Part shown: piece after piece, positions 41,259 to 48,814 of the stretch
Position numbering within the stretch: the first letter of the stretch is position 1
Layout of the letters: each line of letters starts with the position of its first letter
IMG/VR virus record: IMGVR_UViG_3300034197_000017
Span: 19,686-83,685 of that record
Reading direction: 5' to 3' (one strand)
Length of the DNA stretch: 64,000 nt
DNA from: a virus
Taxonomy: Duplodnaviria > Caudoviricetes
Position numbers and translations under genes: made by a program
The notes under the pieces: generated by a model
Database searches by the model: none
What the model was told of the DNA's origin: nothing
What the model saw: the letters and a program-made list of their open reading frames with translations, nothing else

Positions 41259-41506
41259 TAAACCTACAATTCATGGAAATTAACTATCCCTATATCCAGT
41301 TATCTAAGCATCCTGACTATGCTGGATTCTATGTTGTATCTGAAACTGGAGAACCACTAAAGATAAATTCTATTACCCTGATAGGAGCAGTAAAAGATGC
41401 TCTAAAGTTGGGATATGATATTAATCTAAAACAATGGGTAGATGAAAAAGGGTCAATTTCACCAATTCTTTTTACAGTAGATAAGGATAAGTATGAACGA
41501 AAATAA
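41249..41506 (+). CDS. Hypothetical protein (likely ATG 41273)
   Basis: ORF coupled to the next gene. Confidence 0.5.
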   Translation: MGVVNLQFMEINYPYIQLSKHPDYAGFYVVSETGEPLKINSITLIGAVKDALKLGYDINLKQWVDEKGSISPILFTVDKDKYERK

Positions 41507-42011
41507 AGATAAGATGGTACGGCTACTTGAACTTCTAGATAATGGAGTTCAACCTATCATTCGATGGGTAAAAAATGATTACTATTCTATTGAGGAGTGT
41601 GATGCTTACTCTGTCTCAATGCTTTGTAAAGTTACTCGATATTCTACTTTACCTCCTATATTCGATGGAGATATCCTATATAGAGTCTATACTGATTTTT
41701 CAGAGTTTGAGTCATATAATATAGCCATTTCTAACCAATTCTATACTGGAGAGTATCCACAATGGCATGAAACATCTACTTATCCTGAAGATAAGAAATA
41801 CACTGTCTATATGCAGGTATCAGGAGAAGAATCCCCTGATGAATCATCTGGATGTATGTTTGAGTTTGTAGAAACAGAATCATTAACCACATTTGATGAG
41901 TATAAGAAATCCAACTCATCCGAATCTTATATTTCGTGGTTAGAAGGTATGACTATTCAACATCTTAATTTAGTTAGAGGTTTAATTGACGTTATCACTT
42001 CTGAGATTTAA
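41493..42011 (+). CDS. Hypothetical protein, tandem paralog 1
   Basis: Shares PIIRW, TDFSEFExYN, WHExSxYPxD and SSGCMFEFV motifs with the next ORF. Confidence 0.7.
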   Translation: MNENKDKMVRLLELLDNGVQPIIRWVKNDYYSIEECDAYSVSMLCKVTRYSTLPPIFDGDILYRVYTDFSEFESYNIAISNQFYTGEYPQWHETSTYPEDKKYTVYMQVSGEESPDESSGCMFEFVETESLTTFDEYKKSNSSESYISWLEGMTIQHLNLVRGLIDVITSEI

Positions 42012-42017
42012 TTTATC

Positions 42018-42524
42018 ATGAACGATAATTATACTAAAATGTCTGCTCTAATTGAGTATCTAAAGACAGGATGTTCTCCTATAATTAGATGGATTGACCC
42101 TTTTATTGAAGAGTTTGAATCCTATGATGTAGGTATGATATGTAGAGCTATAGGAATCAAAGAAACTGATTTTGCTCTCAAATCTTCAGGTATAGTTATT
42201 TACGGAATAACTACAGATTTTAGTGAGTTTGAAGAATACAATAAATCTATAGCTAAAGAAACTTGGAATTACTCATCTGATGATTCAAGCAAACAATTTG
42301 TTAAATGGCATGAATCTTCTTTTTATCCTAAAGATAGAAGAGAGGTTATATATTTACAGTTAGCAGAAGAATTTTCAGGGGAGAAATCATCTGGATGTAT
42401 GTTTGAATTTGTGAATACATCTTCTCTAAGTGTGTTTGAGAAATATAAAGAATCAAAGACAGAATTACCTTATGTCGCATGGTTAGAAAAAGCAGTCTTT
42501 GATTCAGATATTTATTTTAACTAA
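42018..42524 (+). CDS. Hypothetical protein, tandem paralog 2
   Basis: See paralog 1. Confidence 0.7.
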   Translation: MNDNYTKMSALIEYLKTGCSPIIRWIDPFIEEFESYDVGMICRAIGIKETDFALKSSGIVIYGITTDFSEFEEYNKSIAKETWNYSSDDSSKQFVKWHESSFYPKDRREVIYLQLAEEFSGEKSSGCMFEFVNTSSLSVFEKYKESKTELPYVAWLEKAVFDSDIYFN

Positions 42525-42541
42525 TCTTTATACTTTTGTAG

Positions 42542-42570
42542 TTGACATTTAGATTTAGTTTAGATAGACT
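42542..42570 (+). promoter_or_regulatory. Sigma70-type promoter upstream of the tRNA cluster
   Basis: TTGACA-N17-TAGACT. Confidence 0.75.
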
Positions 42571-42701
42571 GATAAAGTAAACCTCGTTGAAGGGTTAATC
42601 AAAACTAGGGAAAAACATCTATTATCGTTGAAAGCCAAAATTGTTATATAGCTAGTTAGAAAATATAGATTTATATAATTTAGCTAGCTTTTCTACACCT
42701 A

Positions 42702-42789
42702 GCGGGTAAGAACCAGCGTTCAGAGGAGCCTTATAAACTCTTTGCTCCAGATTAGAGCCTTTGGGATGGGGCAGCACCATCTACCCGTA
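42702..42789 (+). tRNA. trnI: tRNA-Ile(UAU), non-canonical (long variable arm, 4-nt D-loop, GGCAGCA T-loop)
   Basis: Acceptor GCGGGTA/TACCCGT; D GAAC-cagc-GTTC; loop CT-TAT-AA (42730-42736); V-arm GCTC/GAGC; T stem GATGG/CCATC; no encoded CCA. Confidence 0.75.
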
Positions 42790-43022
42790 TAGCACTAGAC
42801 GGTACTGGCTTAGTAAGATAGAGTTCGCCTACTATCACCGTTTACTGCTAATTAACTTGGTTGAGGGCTTAGGCTAAAACTCTTCCAAGTAAAGTGAGAG
42901 TCTTTAATGACTCAACCCTCTTACAGGGGATATAAACTATAGGTGTAAGTAACTATAGATGTTATGGAAAGCTACCTACCAGACTTAGGTGATACGTAGA
43001 GTATCAATAATGAGACTTTCCA
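42790..43022 (+). ncRNA. Unassigned structured RNA modules between tRNA-Ile and tRNA-Arg
   Basis: Three self-closing folds at 42790-42850, 42855-42924 and 42965-43022; no plausible ORF. Confidence 0.4.
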
Positions 43023-43065
43023 CTAAACCCGCTCTAGTAGCTCAGATGGATAGAGCAATTGCCTT

Positions 43066-43718
43066 CAATTGGAGCTTTTATAGCGAAACAAAAGCTATAA
43101 AATGCACAGCGCTATATCGGTGAAACCTTAACAGTTAGGCTGATGGTAATACCGAGGAAACTGACCAACAAATTACCCGTATGTTAGTGTTGTATAATAA
43201 AACTATATTTATAGTTTCTTTTATGCATCATTTTACAAAAAACAAAGGGGATTTAGGTGTATTAAAGGTAAAGGCAGATTTAGTATCTAAAGGCTATACT
43301 GTAGGCTCTTTGGATACCGAACATAGTCCTTTTGATGTGGTGACGTATAGAAACCAAGAATTCAAACGAATTCAAGTTAAATACCGTTCACTAAGGAAAG
43401 GGAAGTTAGAGATACGTTTTTCTTCTAGCTGGGCTGATAAACACGGTTCCCATGTTCGGTTTGTAGATAAATCAGAAATTGACGTATATGCAGTATACTG
43501 TCCCGAAACAGATTGCTGCTATTATTTTAATCCTTCTGACTACAAAAAAAGTTTGACTTTGAGAGTAAATGCATCTCTAAATAATCAGCAGCAAAATATA
43601 CACAACGCTGATGATTTTAGACAGGTTCCGTAGAGACTACACGCGTTGCACCTGTAATGGTGAAGATATAGTCCAGACCACAAACGTTTATGACGGTAAC
43701 TAAAGTTATAGTGGTACG
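43066..43718 (+). mobile_element. Group I intron (653 nt) with homing endonuclease in the P6 region
   Basis: Exon ends in U and intron ends in G; P1 with U43065.G43072; P2 TTTTATAGC/GCTATAAAA; P/Q TATCGGTGAAACC..GGTAATACCGAG; R CCGTAGAGACTAC; S GAAGATATAGTCC; P9.0 ACCAC/GTGGT. Confidence 0.9.
43181..43633 (+). CDS. Intron-encoded PD-(D/E)XK homing endonuclease, I-Ssp6803I-like (likely ATG 43223)
   Basis: TKNKGDLG..LVSKGY..PFDVV..KRIQVKY..EIDVYAVYCPETD.CY; the stop TAG lies within the R element. Confidence 0.85.
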   Translation: MLVLYNKTIFIVSFMHHFTKNKGDLGVLKVKADLVSKGYTVGSLDTEHSPFDVVTYRNQEFKRIQVKYRSLRKGKLEIRFSSSWADKHGSHVRFVDKSEIDVYAVYCPETDCCYYFNPSDYKKSLTLRVNASLNNQQQNIHNADDFRQVP

Positions 43719-43760
43719 CTAAGCAATCGGTCACAGGTTCAAGTCCTGTCTAGAGCGCTG

Positions 43761-43905
43761 TACCTAGACGTAGGTGCAAAACCATTTAGTAAAAGTAGAA
43801 GTGGTTTCAGGCACATTGCCTATGAGGTTCGACTCCTCACTACCAGCGTATTACCGGAAACGCTACTAAGTGATAGTGAGTACATTGCTGAAGCTAGACT
43901 AGGTG
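43761..43905 (+). ncRNA. Unassigned structured RNA with a tRNA-like T-arm
   Basis: Terminal helix TACCTAG/CTAGGTG; T-arm TGAGG-TTCGACT-CCTCA (43823-43839); further hairpins. Confidence 0.45.
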
Positions 43906-44160
43906 ATGTATTCACTGCCAACCTTAATATCCATAGGAGATGACTACATGACTGTATATGATGCGCTAGAAAACCTATCTGCCTTAGCTCAAAAAGGATA
44001 TGGAAATATGGAGTTAGTTAATGTAGATTTAATCTTTGGGTACTCTACTCCAGTAGCTATTTATCAGGATATCTCTACAGCAAATCCTAAAACAGACTCT
44101 GGCTATTTACGTACTGTTGGAGAAGGTCAAGTATTCGTTCCTGTACAGTTTGAATATTAA
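43903..44160 (+). CDS. Hypothetical protein
   Basis: ORF with a likely internal ATG after an AGGAG RBS. Confidence 0.5.
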   Translation: MMYSLPTLISIGDDYMTVYDALENLSALAQKGYGNMELVNVDLIFGYSTPVAIYQDISTANPKTDSGYLRTVGEGQVFVPVQFEY

Positions 44161-44169
44161 ATTAACTTT

Positions 44170-44634
44170 ATGAGCATTAAAAGAGTTTCCCTTCCTATAA
44201 TTATATTAGTAAAGCAGCAAGATATTCCTATTGAACGTCTTAATCCTGACAACGTAACTGTAGAATATGACTATACATTTGACCGTCATATTATTGAAGC
44301 AATTCATAGAGTAGCTTTAGGGGATAAGGAAGTAATTAGAGAAAAAGAAGATACCCACACTTACTATCATTCTGTAGCTGATAGTTTATGGGATAAATTA
44401 AAAGAAACTCTACTTGAATATCCTTTATTTAACTATTTAAGATATGATTTGAACTGGACATGGTTAGACGTAAAGTACAAAAAAATCCCATATTACACTT
44501 CTAACCTTATTACAGAAAAGCATTACCATATCTGCCCTTATCCAGTTAATGATACAAGTAGAGTTATAGAATTTATGACTGCATATCCAACAGCCATACC
44601 TATCGTAACCGATGAAATAGATGCACATTTTTGA
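44170..44634 (+). CDS. Hypothetical protein
   Basis: 154 aa ORF. Confidence 0.55.
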   Translation: MSIKRVSLPIIILVKQQDIPIERLNPDNVTVEYDYTFDRHIIEAIHRVALGDKEVIREKEDTHTYYHSVADSLWDKLKETLLEYPLFNYLRYDLNWTWLDVKYKKIPYYTSNLITEKHYHICPYPVNDTSRVIEFMTAYPTAIPIVTDEIDAHF

Positions 44635-45076
44635 AAAATCAAAATCAAGAGGAGTGCTTGGAGAGGAAATTGCTAGAGAGTTCTTTATATCTAAAGGATT
44701 TGAAGTATCCCCTCTCCTATCTATAGATGAACAGTATAGGAAAGGATATGATTTCAGAGTATCTAAACAGGGTATAGTCAGTAACATTGAAGTTAAAACA
44801 GATTTTCTAGCGGGATTTACTAAAAATATTTTCTGGGAAGTAGAGGTAGATGGTAAACCTGGATGGACTCAAAAATATGGTTCAGAGAGTACTGTTACTA
44901 TTTGTTGGGTTATACCAGATATCTCTCTAATATGCATTTTCCCTGCCAATAAGTTACTAGACATAGAGTATATAGACTATCCAGAGAAGGAAGTAATAAA
45001 TGAACATTACGTAGCTAAAGGTTTTCTAGTTCCACTTTCAATAGTCAAATCTAAATCTAAATCATTTCTGTATTAA
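44621..45076 (+). CDS. PD-(D/E)XK restriction-endonuclease-fold protein
   Basis: GVLGEEIA..GYDF..NIEVKTD..NIFWE. Confidence 0.65.
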   Translation: MHIFEKSKSRGVLGEEIAREFFISKGFEVSPLLSIDEQYRKGYDFRVSKQGIVSNIEVKTDFLAGFTKNIFWEVEVDGKPGWTQKYGSESTVTICWVIPDISLICIFPANKLLDIEYIDYPEKEVINEHYVAKGFLVPLSIVKSKSKSFLY

Positions 45077-45086
45077 AGAGGTAACT

Positions 45087-45359
45087 ATGTCAGACTTTTT
45101 TAACTTGCCCGACTTTCCTAGTATCGATATCCCAGTAACTATATTTGAAAATAGACTAGATAATCTGTCATGGGTATTGGAGTTACAATTAGACGCTAAT
45201 GATTACTTCCTATATAGTAACCATGATGACTTTATGACATGGGTATTAGACGAAATATGTCCAAACCTTACAACAGAACATACCAAAATTCTTATCTACT
45301 GTTGGGGATATATCGATTGTTTGGAAAAATATAGCCATATAATTGAGTCAGTACTATGA
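45087..45359 (+). CDS. Hypothetical protein
   Basis: 90 aa ORF. Confidence 0.5.
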   Translation: MSDFFNLPDFPSIDIPVTIFENRLDNLSWVLELQLDANDYFLYSNHDDFMTWVLDEICPNLTTEHTKILIYCWGYIDCLEKYSHIIESVL

Positions 45360-45523
45360 GCCTACTCAAAGAGCTTTTTGGCTGTAGTGCAGTATTAGCA
45401 CCAATTTGTATATTAACTGTTCATTTCTCAGGTATTCACACTTTCAAGGAAGTAGATATGACTCCTTTTCTGATGGGAAATGGCTGTGTTTTTCTAACTG
45501 GGATTTATTTTTTGGAAAGATAA
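45356..45523 (+). CDS. Small membrane protein (55 aa, below cutoff)
   Basis: ATGA-coupled; MSLLKELFGCSAVLAPICILTVHF...VFLTGIYFLER*. Confidence 0.4.
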   Translation: MSLLKELFGCSAVLAPICILTVHFSGIHTFKEVDMTPFLMGNGCVFLTGIYFLER

Positions 45524-45590
45524 ATACTAGGTATATAAATTTGATATAATTTAGTTATAGAAAAATTTATATCATATTAACTATATACCT

Positions 45591-45887
45591 ATGCCCGCAA
45601 CTAAAGCTCAACTTCAAAAAGAACCAGTTAGATTTTCCACAGTTGGAATCTATAAGGTTACTGCTTATAATTCTGGTACTCATGTATCTACCTGTTTAGA
45701 GTACCCTAACCTAAAACCTAATACCTTACATCTACTTCTGAATATTGTCCCAGAAGTGGATAGCTATTACACTATCGGTGTTGAAGAACAGTATGCTACC
45801 AACCCTAACGATTCAAATGCTGTAGTCCAAAAAGGCACAGTACAAGCTAAAGTAGCTCTGGTAGATACCCTAGTGTTTTTCGCATAA
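45591..45887 (+). CDS. Stand-alone structural-like protein
   Basis: Own extended -10 (TGaTATAAT, 45542) and terminator; beta-rich. Confidence 0.5.
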   Translation: MPATKAQLQKEPVRFSTVGIYKVTAYNSGTHVSTCLEYPNLKPNTLHLLLNIVPEVDSYYTIGVEEQYATNPNDSNAVVQKGTVQAKVALVDTLVFFA

Positions 45888-45918
45888 TTTCAAGTTTCCC
45901 TCTGACTCTCTCTCCCTG

Positions 45919-45950
45919 ATACCTATTAGATTTAATAGGTATTTTCTTTT
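45919..45950 (+). terminator. Rho-independent terminator
   Basis: ATACCTATT-agattt-AATAGGTAT followed by TTTCTTTT. Confidence 0.65.
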
Positions 45951-45989
45951 CTAGTAATAGTAAAGATATATTAAATATATGATTATAGG

Positions 45990-46018
45990 TTGACATCCTT
46001 AATGATTTTATTTAACAT
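45990..46018 (+). promoter_or_regulatory. Sigma70-type promoter upstream of the CAU tRNA
   Basis: TTGACA-N17-TAACAT. Confidence 0.7.
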
Positions 46019-46100
46019 AGGTAACAGATAGAGATATCTGACGGGTAATGGCTAAGTTGAACTATAAGTAAATTAAGATAAAACTTGATTTACTTTTCCT

Positions 46101-46173
46101 GTGCTTTTGGCCGATTGGGGAGGCAACGAACTCATAATTCGTCTTCAGAGTGGTTCGATTCCACTAAGGCACA
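46101..46173 (+). tRNA. tRNA with CAU anticodon (elongator Met or lysidine Ile2; not initiator)
   Basis: Acceptor GTGCTTT/AAGGCAC; ACGAA-CTCATAA-TTCGT; AGTGG-TTCGATT-CCACT; lacks the initiator GGG/CCC stem; no CCA. Confidence 0.9.
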
Positions 46174-46200
46174 TTTGACCAATAACATCTAGTAGAAAAC

Positions 46201-46458
46201 ATGGCTAAGTTAATTGTTGTTAATTCAGAAGTATTTTCCAAAATCACTAAAGGCTATGTTAACTATATATCTCTAACTACTCAGGAAGCTGATTTTCAAA
46301 TAGGTGAAACTTTACTCCTATCTGAATTTAATCAAGAAGTATTTGGTGATATTATCTATACTACTGTGTCAGGTATCATTACCTCTTCTGACTCTAAAGG
46401 AGTAATTGAGGGATACTGCCTAGTAACATTTACAGTTACGGATGAACCTAACTATTAA
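46201..46458 (+). CDS. DUF3850/ASCH-like protein
   Basis: DFQIGETLLLSEF..GYCLV pattern. Confidence 0.55.
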   Translation: MAKLIVVNSEVFSKITKGYVNYISLTTQEADFQIGETLLLSEFNQEVFGDIIYTTVSGIITSSDSKGVIEGYCLVTFTVTDEPNY

Positions 46459-46460
46459 TT

Positions 46461-46766
46461 ATGGATACCTTACGTAAAAAATTGCTGGAAGATGCAGAAG
46501 TGGCTGAGGAATACTTAAAACTATCTCAAGAATTTACATTATCAAAAATTCTTTTAACTCTTATCGCAAAATCTAAATTAGGAAAGATTGATTTATGCAC
46601 TGAGAATCATTTAGATATCACTGATTTCTGCGCTGAGAATAATTTAGATATTAATGAATTATGTGATTATATCAGCGGTAGAAAATCTCCTACATTACAG
46701 CTAATGATGGATTTATGTGAAAAGTACGGATATAAGTTCATGTTCTCTATTCTTAAAGAAGAGTAA
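46461..46766 (+). CDS. XRE-family HTH protein, antitoxin-like
   Basis: LRKKLLEDAEVAEEY..EF.L..; C-terminal SGRKSPTLQLMMDL..YG. Confidence 0.6.
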   Translation: MDTLRKKLLEDAEVAEEYLKLSQEFTLSKILLTLIAKSKLGKIDLCTENHLDITDFCAENNLDINELCDYISGRKSPTLQLMMDLCEKYGYKFMFSILKEE

Positions 46767-46783
46767 TAGCCAGTTAGAAAATT

Positions 46784-46996
46784 ATGGAAAGTGTAGATTT
46801 TACCCCTGACTTTGTATTTGCTGAATTTGAACGTTATGTAGCTAAAACTAAACAGGAATCTAAATCTAAAAGAGCGCCCTGGAGGTTCGATGTTTGGTCA
46901 CATACTCCTATCAAAACTTATCAGGGATTAGGAAGTTTCAATCCAGACTTATATATATTTGATGATGTTATTCCACCTACTGTAGATAATAATTAA
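46784..46996 (+). CDS. Hypothetical protein
   Basis: 70 aa ORF. Confidence 0.45.
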   Translation: MESVDFTPDFVFAEFERYVAKTKQESKSKRAPWRFDVWSHTPIKTYQGLGSFNPDLYIFDDVIPPTVDNN

Positions 46997-47575
46997 ATGA
47001 AAGTAATTGGTTTTTCTGGGGCGATTGGTTCAGGCAAAGATACATGCTGTGAATATATCTACGCCAACCATTACAACGTAAAACATCTTAAATTTTCTCA
47101 TCCTATCCAAGATATTGTAGCTACTATGGTAGGTGAATATAAAGAAGACTTATCTCATAGACAGCTTTTTAATAATAGAAAATGGAAAGAAGAGGCAGTA
47201 GGGATAGTTGTAGATGGTAAAGTCATTACAATTAGAGACTTGATGAAAGGTGTAGGTGAAGGATATAGGGATTTATTTGGAGAAGGAGTTTGGAGTAGCT
47301 ATCTAGATATTGAAATACTATCTATACCAGATAACTATATTATTGTAGTATCAGACGTTAGAAAACAATCAGATGCAGAATGGATTAAAAGTTTCAGCGA
47401 CTCAACTCTAGTCTATATACAAAACGATAAGGCAGAAGACATATTCTATGAGGCTAATCCCCAAATTCATAGAAGTGAAAGTCATTTACCAATAGTTAAG
47501 TCTATGGCAGATGTATTGCTTTTCAATAACTTCGAGTTGAATTATCTATATGATTCTTTGGATAAATTAATTTAA
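46997..47575 (+). CDS. Deoxynucleoside monophosphate kinase
   Basis: P-loop GAIGSGKDT; FSHPI; IRDLMKGVG; VSDVR; HRSE. Confidence 0.85.
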   Translation: MKVIGFSGAIGSGKDTCCEYIYANHYNVKHLKFSHPIQDIVATMVGEYKEDLSHRQLFNNRKWKEEAVGIVVDGKVITIRDLMKGVGEGYRDLFGEGVWSSYLDIEILSIPDNYIIVVSDVRKQSDAEWIKSFSDSTLVYIQNDKAEDIFYEANPQIHRSESHLPIVKSMADVLLFNNFELNYLYDSLDKLI

Positions 47576-47682
47576 TGAATATACAAGTAGGATTATATGT
47601 AAATTTATTTATTTTATTCTGTTGCATCCTTTACGTAGCTTCAAGCCTTTTAGAATACCTCAAAGATAGGAGAAAATAGATT

Positions 47683-47901
47683 ATGTCTAATATGTCTTAT
47701 TGTAGGTTCACTAACACTCTACGAGACTTAGATGACTGTTATGAGCATCTTTATGATACTAACCTATCAGAGTCTGAAAAAAGGGCTAGGAGTTCTTTAA
47801 TTGAGCTGGCTATCACTATTTATCAAGAGACTATAGATAACCATCCAGATGATTATGAGGAAAACTATGAAGAGGATGAAGATGAACGTGAAGTATATTG
47901 A
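47683..47901 (+). CDS. Conserved phage hypothetical protein
   Basis: MSNMSYCRFTNTLRDLDDC N-terminus is widespread in phages. Confidence 0.65.
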   Translation: MSNMSYCRFTNTLRDLDDCYEHLYDTNLSESEKRARSSLIELAITIYQETIDNHPDDYEENYEEDEDEREVY

Positions 47902-48058
47902 TTTTAATTAATATCTTGACTCTAAACATGGAATGACCTATAGTAAGAGAATGCTAGTCGTTCGTTGATTGGCATCCTTTATAAACATCAATAAGAGGGT
48001 AGATAATATTTATCCTCTTTCCTTGGGGGAATGGTGGAATGGTATACACATCAGACTT

Positions 48059-48814
48059 GCTTCTTTAATATAAATTAAGTTATACTATAGGTGTTTTACA
48101 CTTGTAGGAACATGGATTTAATTTGTAGTAAATGTGGTCAATCTAGGGATAAAGGTAGAAAGATATGTAAATCTTGTAATTTAGAAAGAGTGCGAAACTA
48201 TCAAAACGATAAAAACAGAGCAGGAAAAAGAAAAAAGTATGATGTTGTTTGTCTAGCTTGTAGTAAGCAGTATCAATCTTTCAGAAATAAGCCTGTTCTT
48301 TGTGAAGAGTGTAGACTTCTAAAAAATAAAGGTAATGATGTAACAAATACTTACCTTTATTATGGAGATAAAAAATACTTTCACTTACATCGTAAAGTTG
48401 CTGAGCAGTGTATTGATAGAAAACTCAAAACTAATGAGGTAGTACATCACATTAACTGTAAGAATTTAGATAATCGCATAGAAAATCTAATTATTTTAAC
48501 AAGAAGTACACACTCTAAATTACACAGATACCTAGATACACAAAGAGTCATTATAGAGAAATCTATAAATGAGAATCCTGGAAATTGCTGGGATAACCTT
48601 ATAGCTCCCATGACTACAGCATGGTTAGAAATGACTGGTGCGAAAGTTATAAAACTATGGGAGATTGGTCAATCAGCAGCCGAGTCTCTAAAGGAATAGA
48701 TTCCCAAGAGAAAGGTTCAGAGACTACGCTCAGGACACCTTAACTAGAAATAGAAGGTGAAGATATAGTCCAGACTACAACAGGAAACTGGTTAATGAAA
48801 ATTAATGTAGTAAG
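48059..48814 (+). mobile_element. Group I intron (756 nt) with HNH endonuclease gene looped out of L1
   Basis: P1 exon GACTT pairs with GAGTC 48545-48549 (U.G at the splice site); P2 with GAAA loop; P AAATTGCTGGG; Q AATCAGCAG; R TCAGAGACTAC; S GAAGATATAGTCC; P9.0 ACTAC/GTAGT; terminal G. Confidence 0.9.
48091..48699 (+). CDS. Intron-encoded HNH homing endonuclease with N-terminal zinc ribbons (likely ATG 48112)
   Basis: HLHRKVA..NEVVHHINCKNLDNRIENL..HSKLH; three CxxC pairs plus C48-C61 region; 3' end reads through the intron core. Confidence 0.85.
   Translation: MFYTCRNMDLICSKCGQSRDKGRKICKSCNLERVRNYQNDKNRAGKRKKYDVVCLACSKQYQSFRNKPVLCEECRLLKNKGNDVTNTYLYYGDKKYFHLHRKVAEQCIDRKLKTNEVVHHINCKNLDNRIENLIILTRSTHSKLHRYLDTQRVIIEKSINENPGNCWDNLIAPMTTAWLEMTGAKVIKLWEIGQSAAESLKE

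Larger units (their letters stand above)
43031..43757 (+). tRNA. trnR: tRNA-Arg(UCU), exons 43031-43065 and 43719-43757, split by a group I intron between anticodon positions 34 and 35
   Basis: Joined exons give GCTCTAG..GCTCAGATGGATAGAGC-A-ATTGC-CTTCTAA-GCAAT..ACAGGTTCAAGTCCTGT-CTAGAGC-G. Confidence 0.9.

Noticed and set aside
42815-42860. Resemblance to the fluoride riboswitch (GATAGAGTTCGCC...ACCG...GCTAAT)
   Set aside because: The 5' GGCGA/GGTGA strand needed to pair with TCGCC is missing and there is no downstream fluoride gene; kept only as an unassigned structure.
42790-42860. Canonical HDV-like/theta ribozyme or hammerhead after tRNA-Ile
   Set aside because: I could not build the P1-P2-P3-P1.1-P4 topology or find a CTGANGA/GAAA core by eye, so no family was assigned.
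43761-43905. Permuted tmRNA or an ordinary tRNA
   Set aside because: No Ala acceptor (G3.U70, CCACCA), no tag ORF and no anticodon arm.
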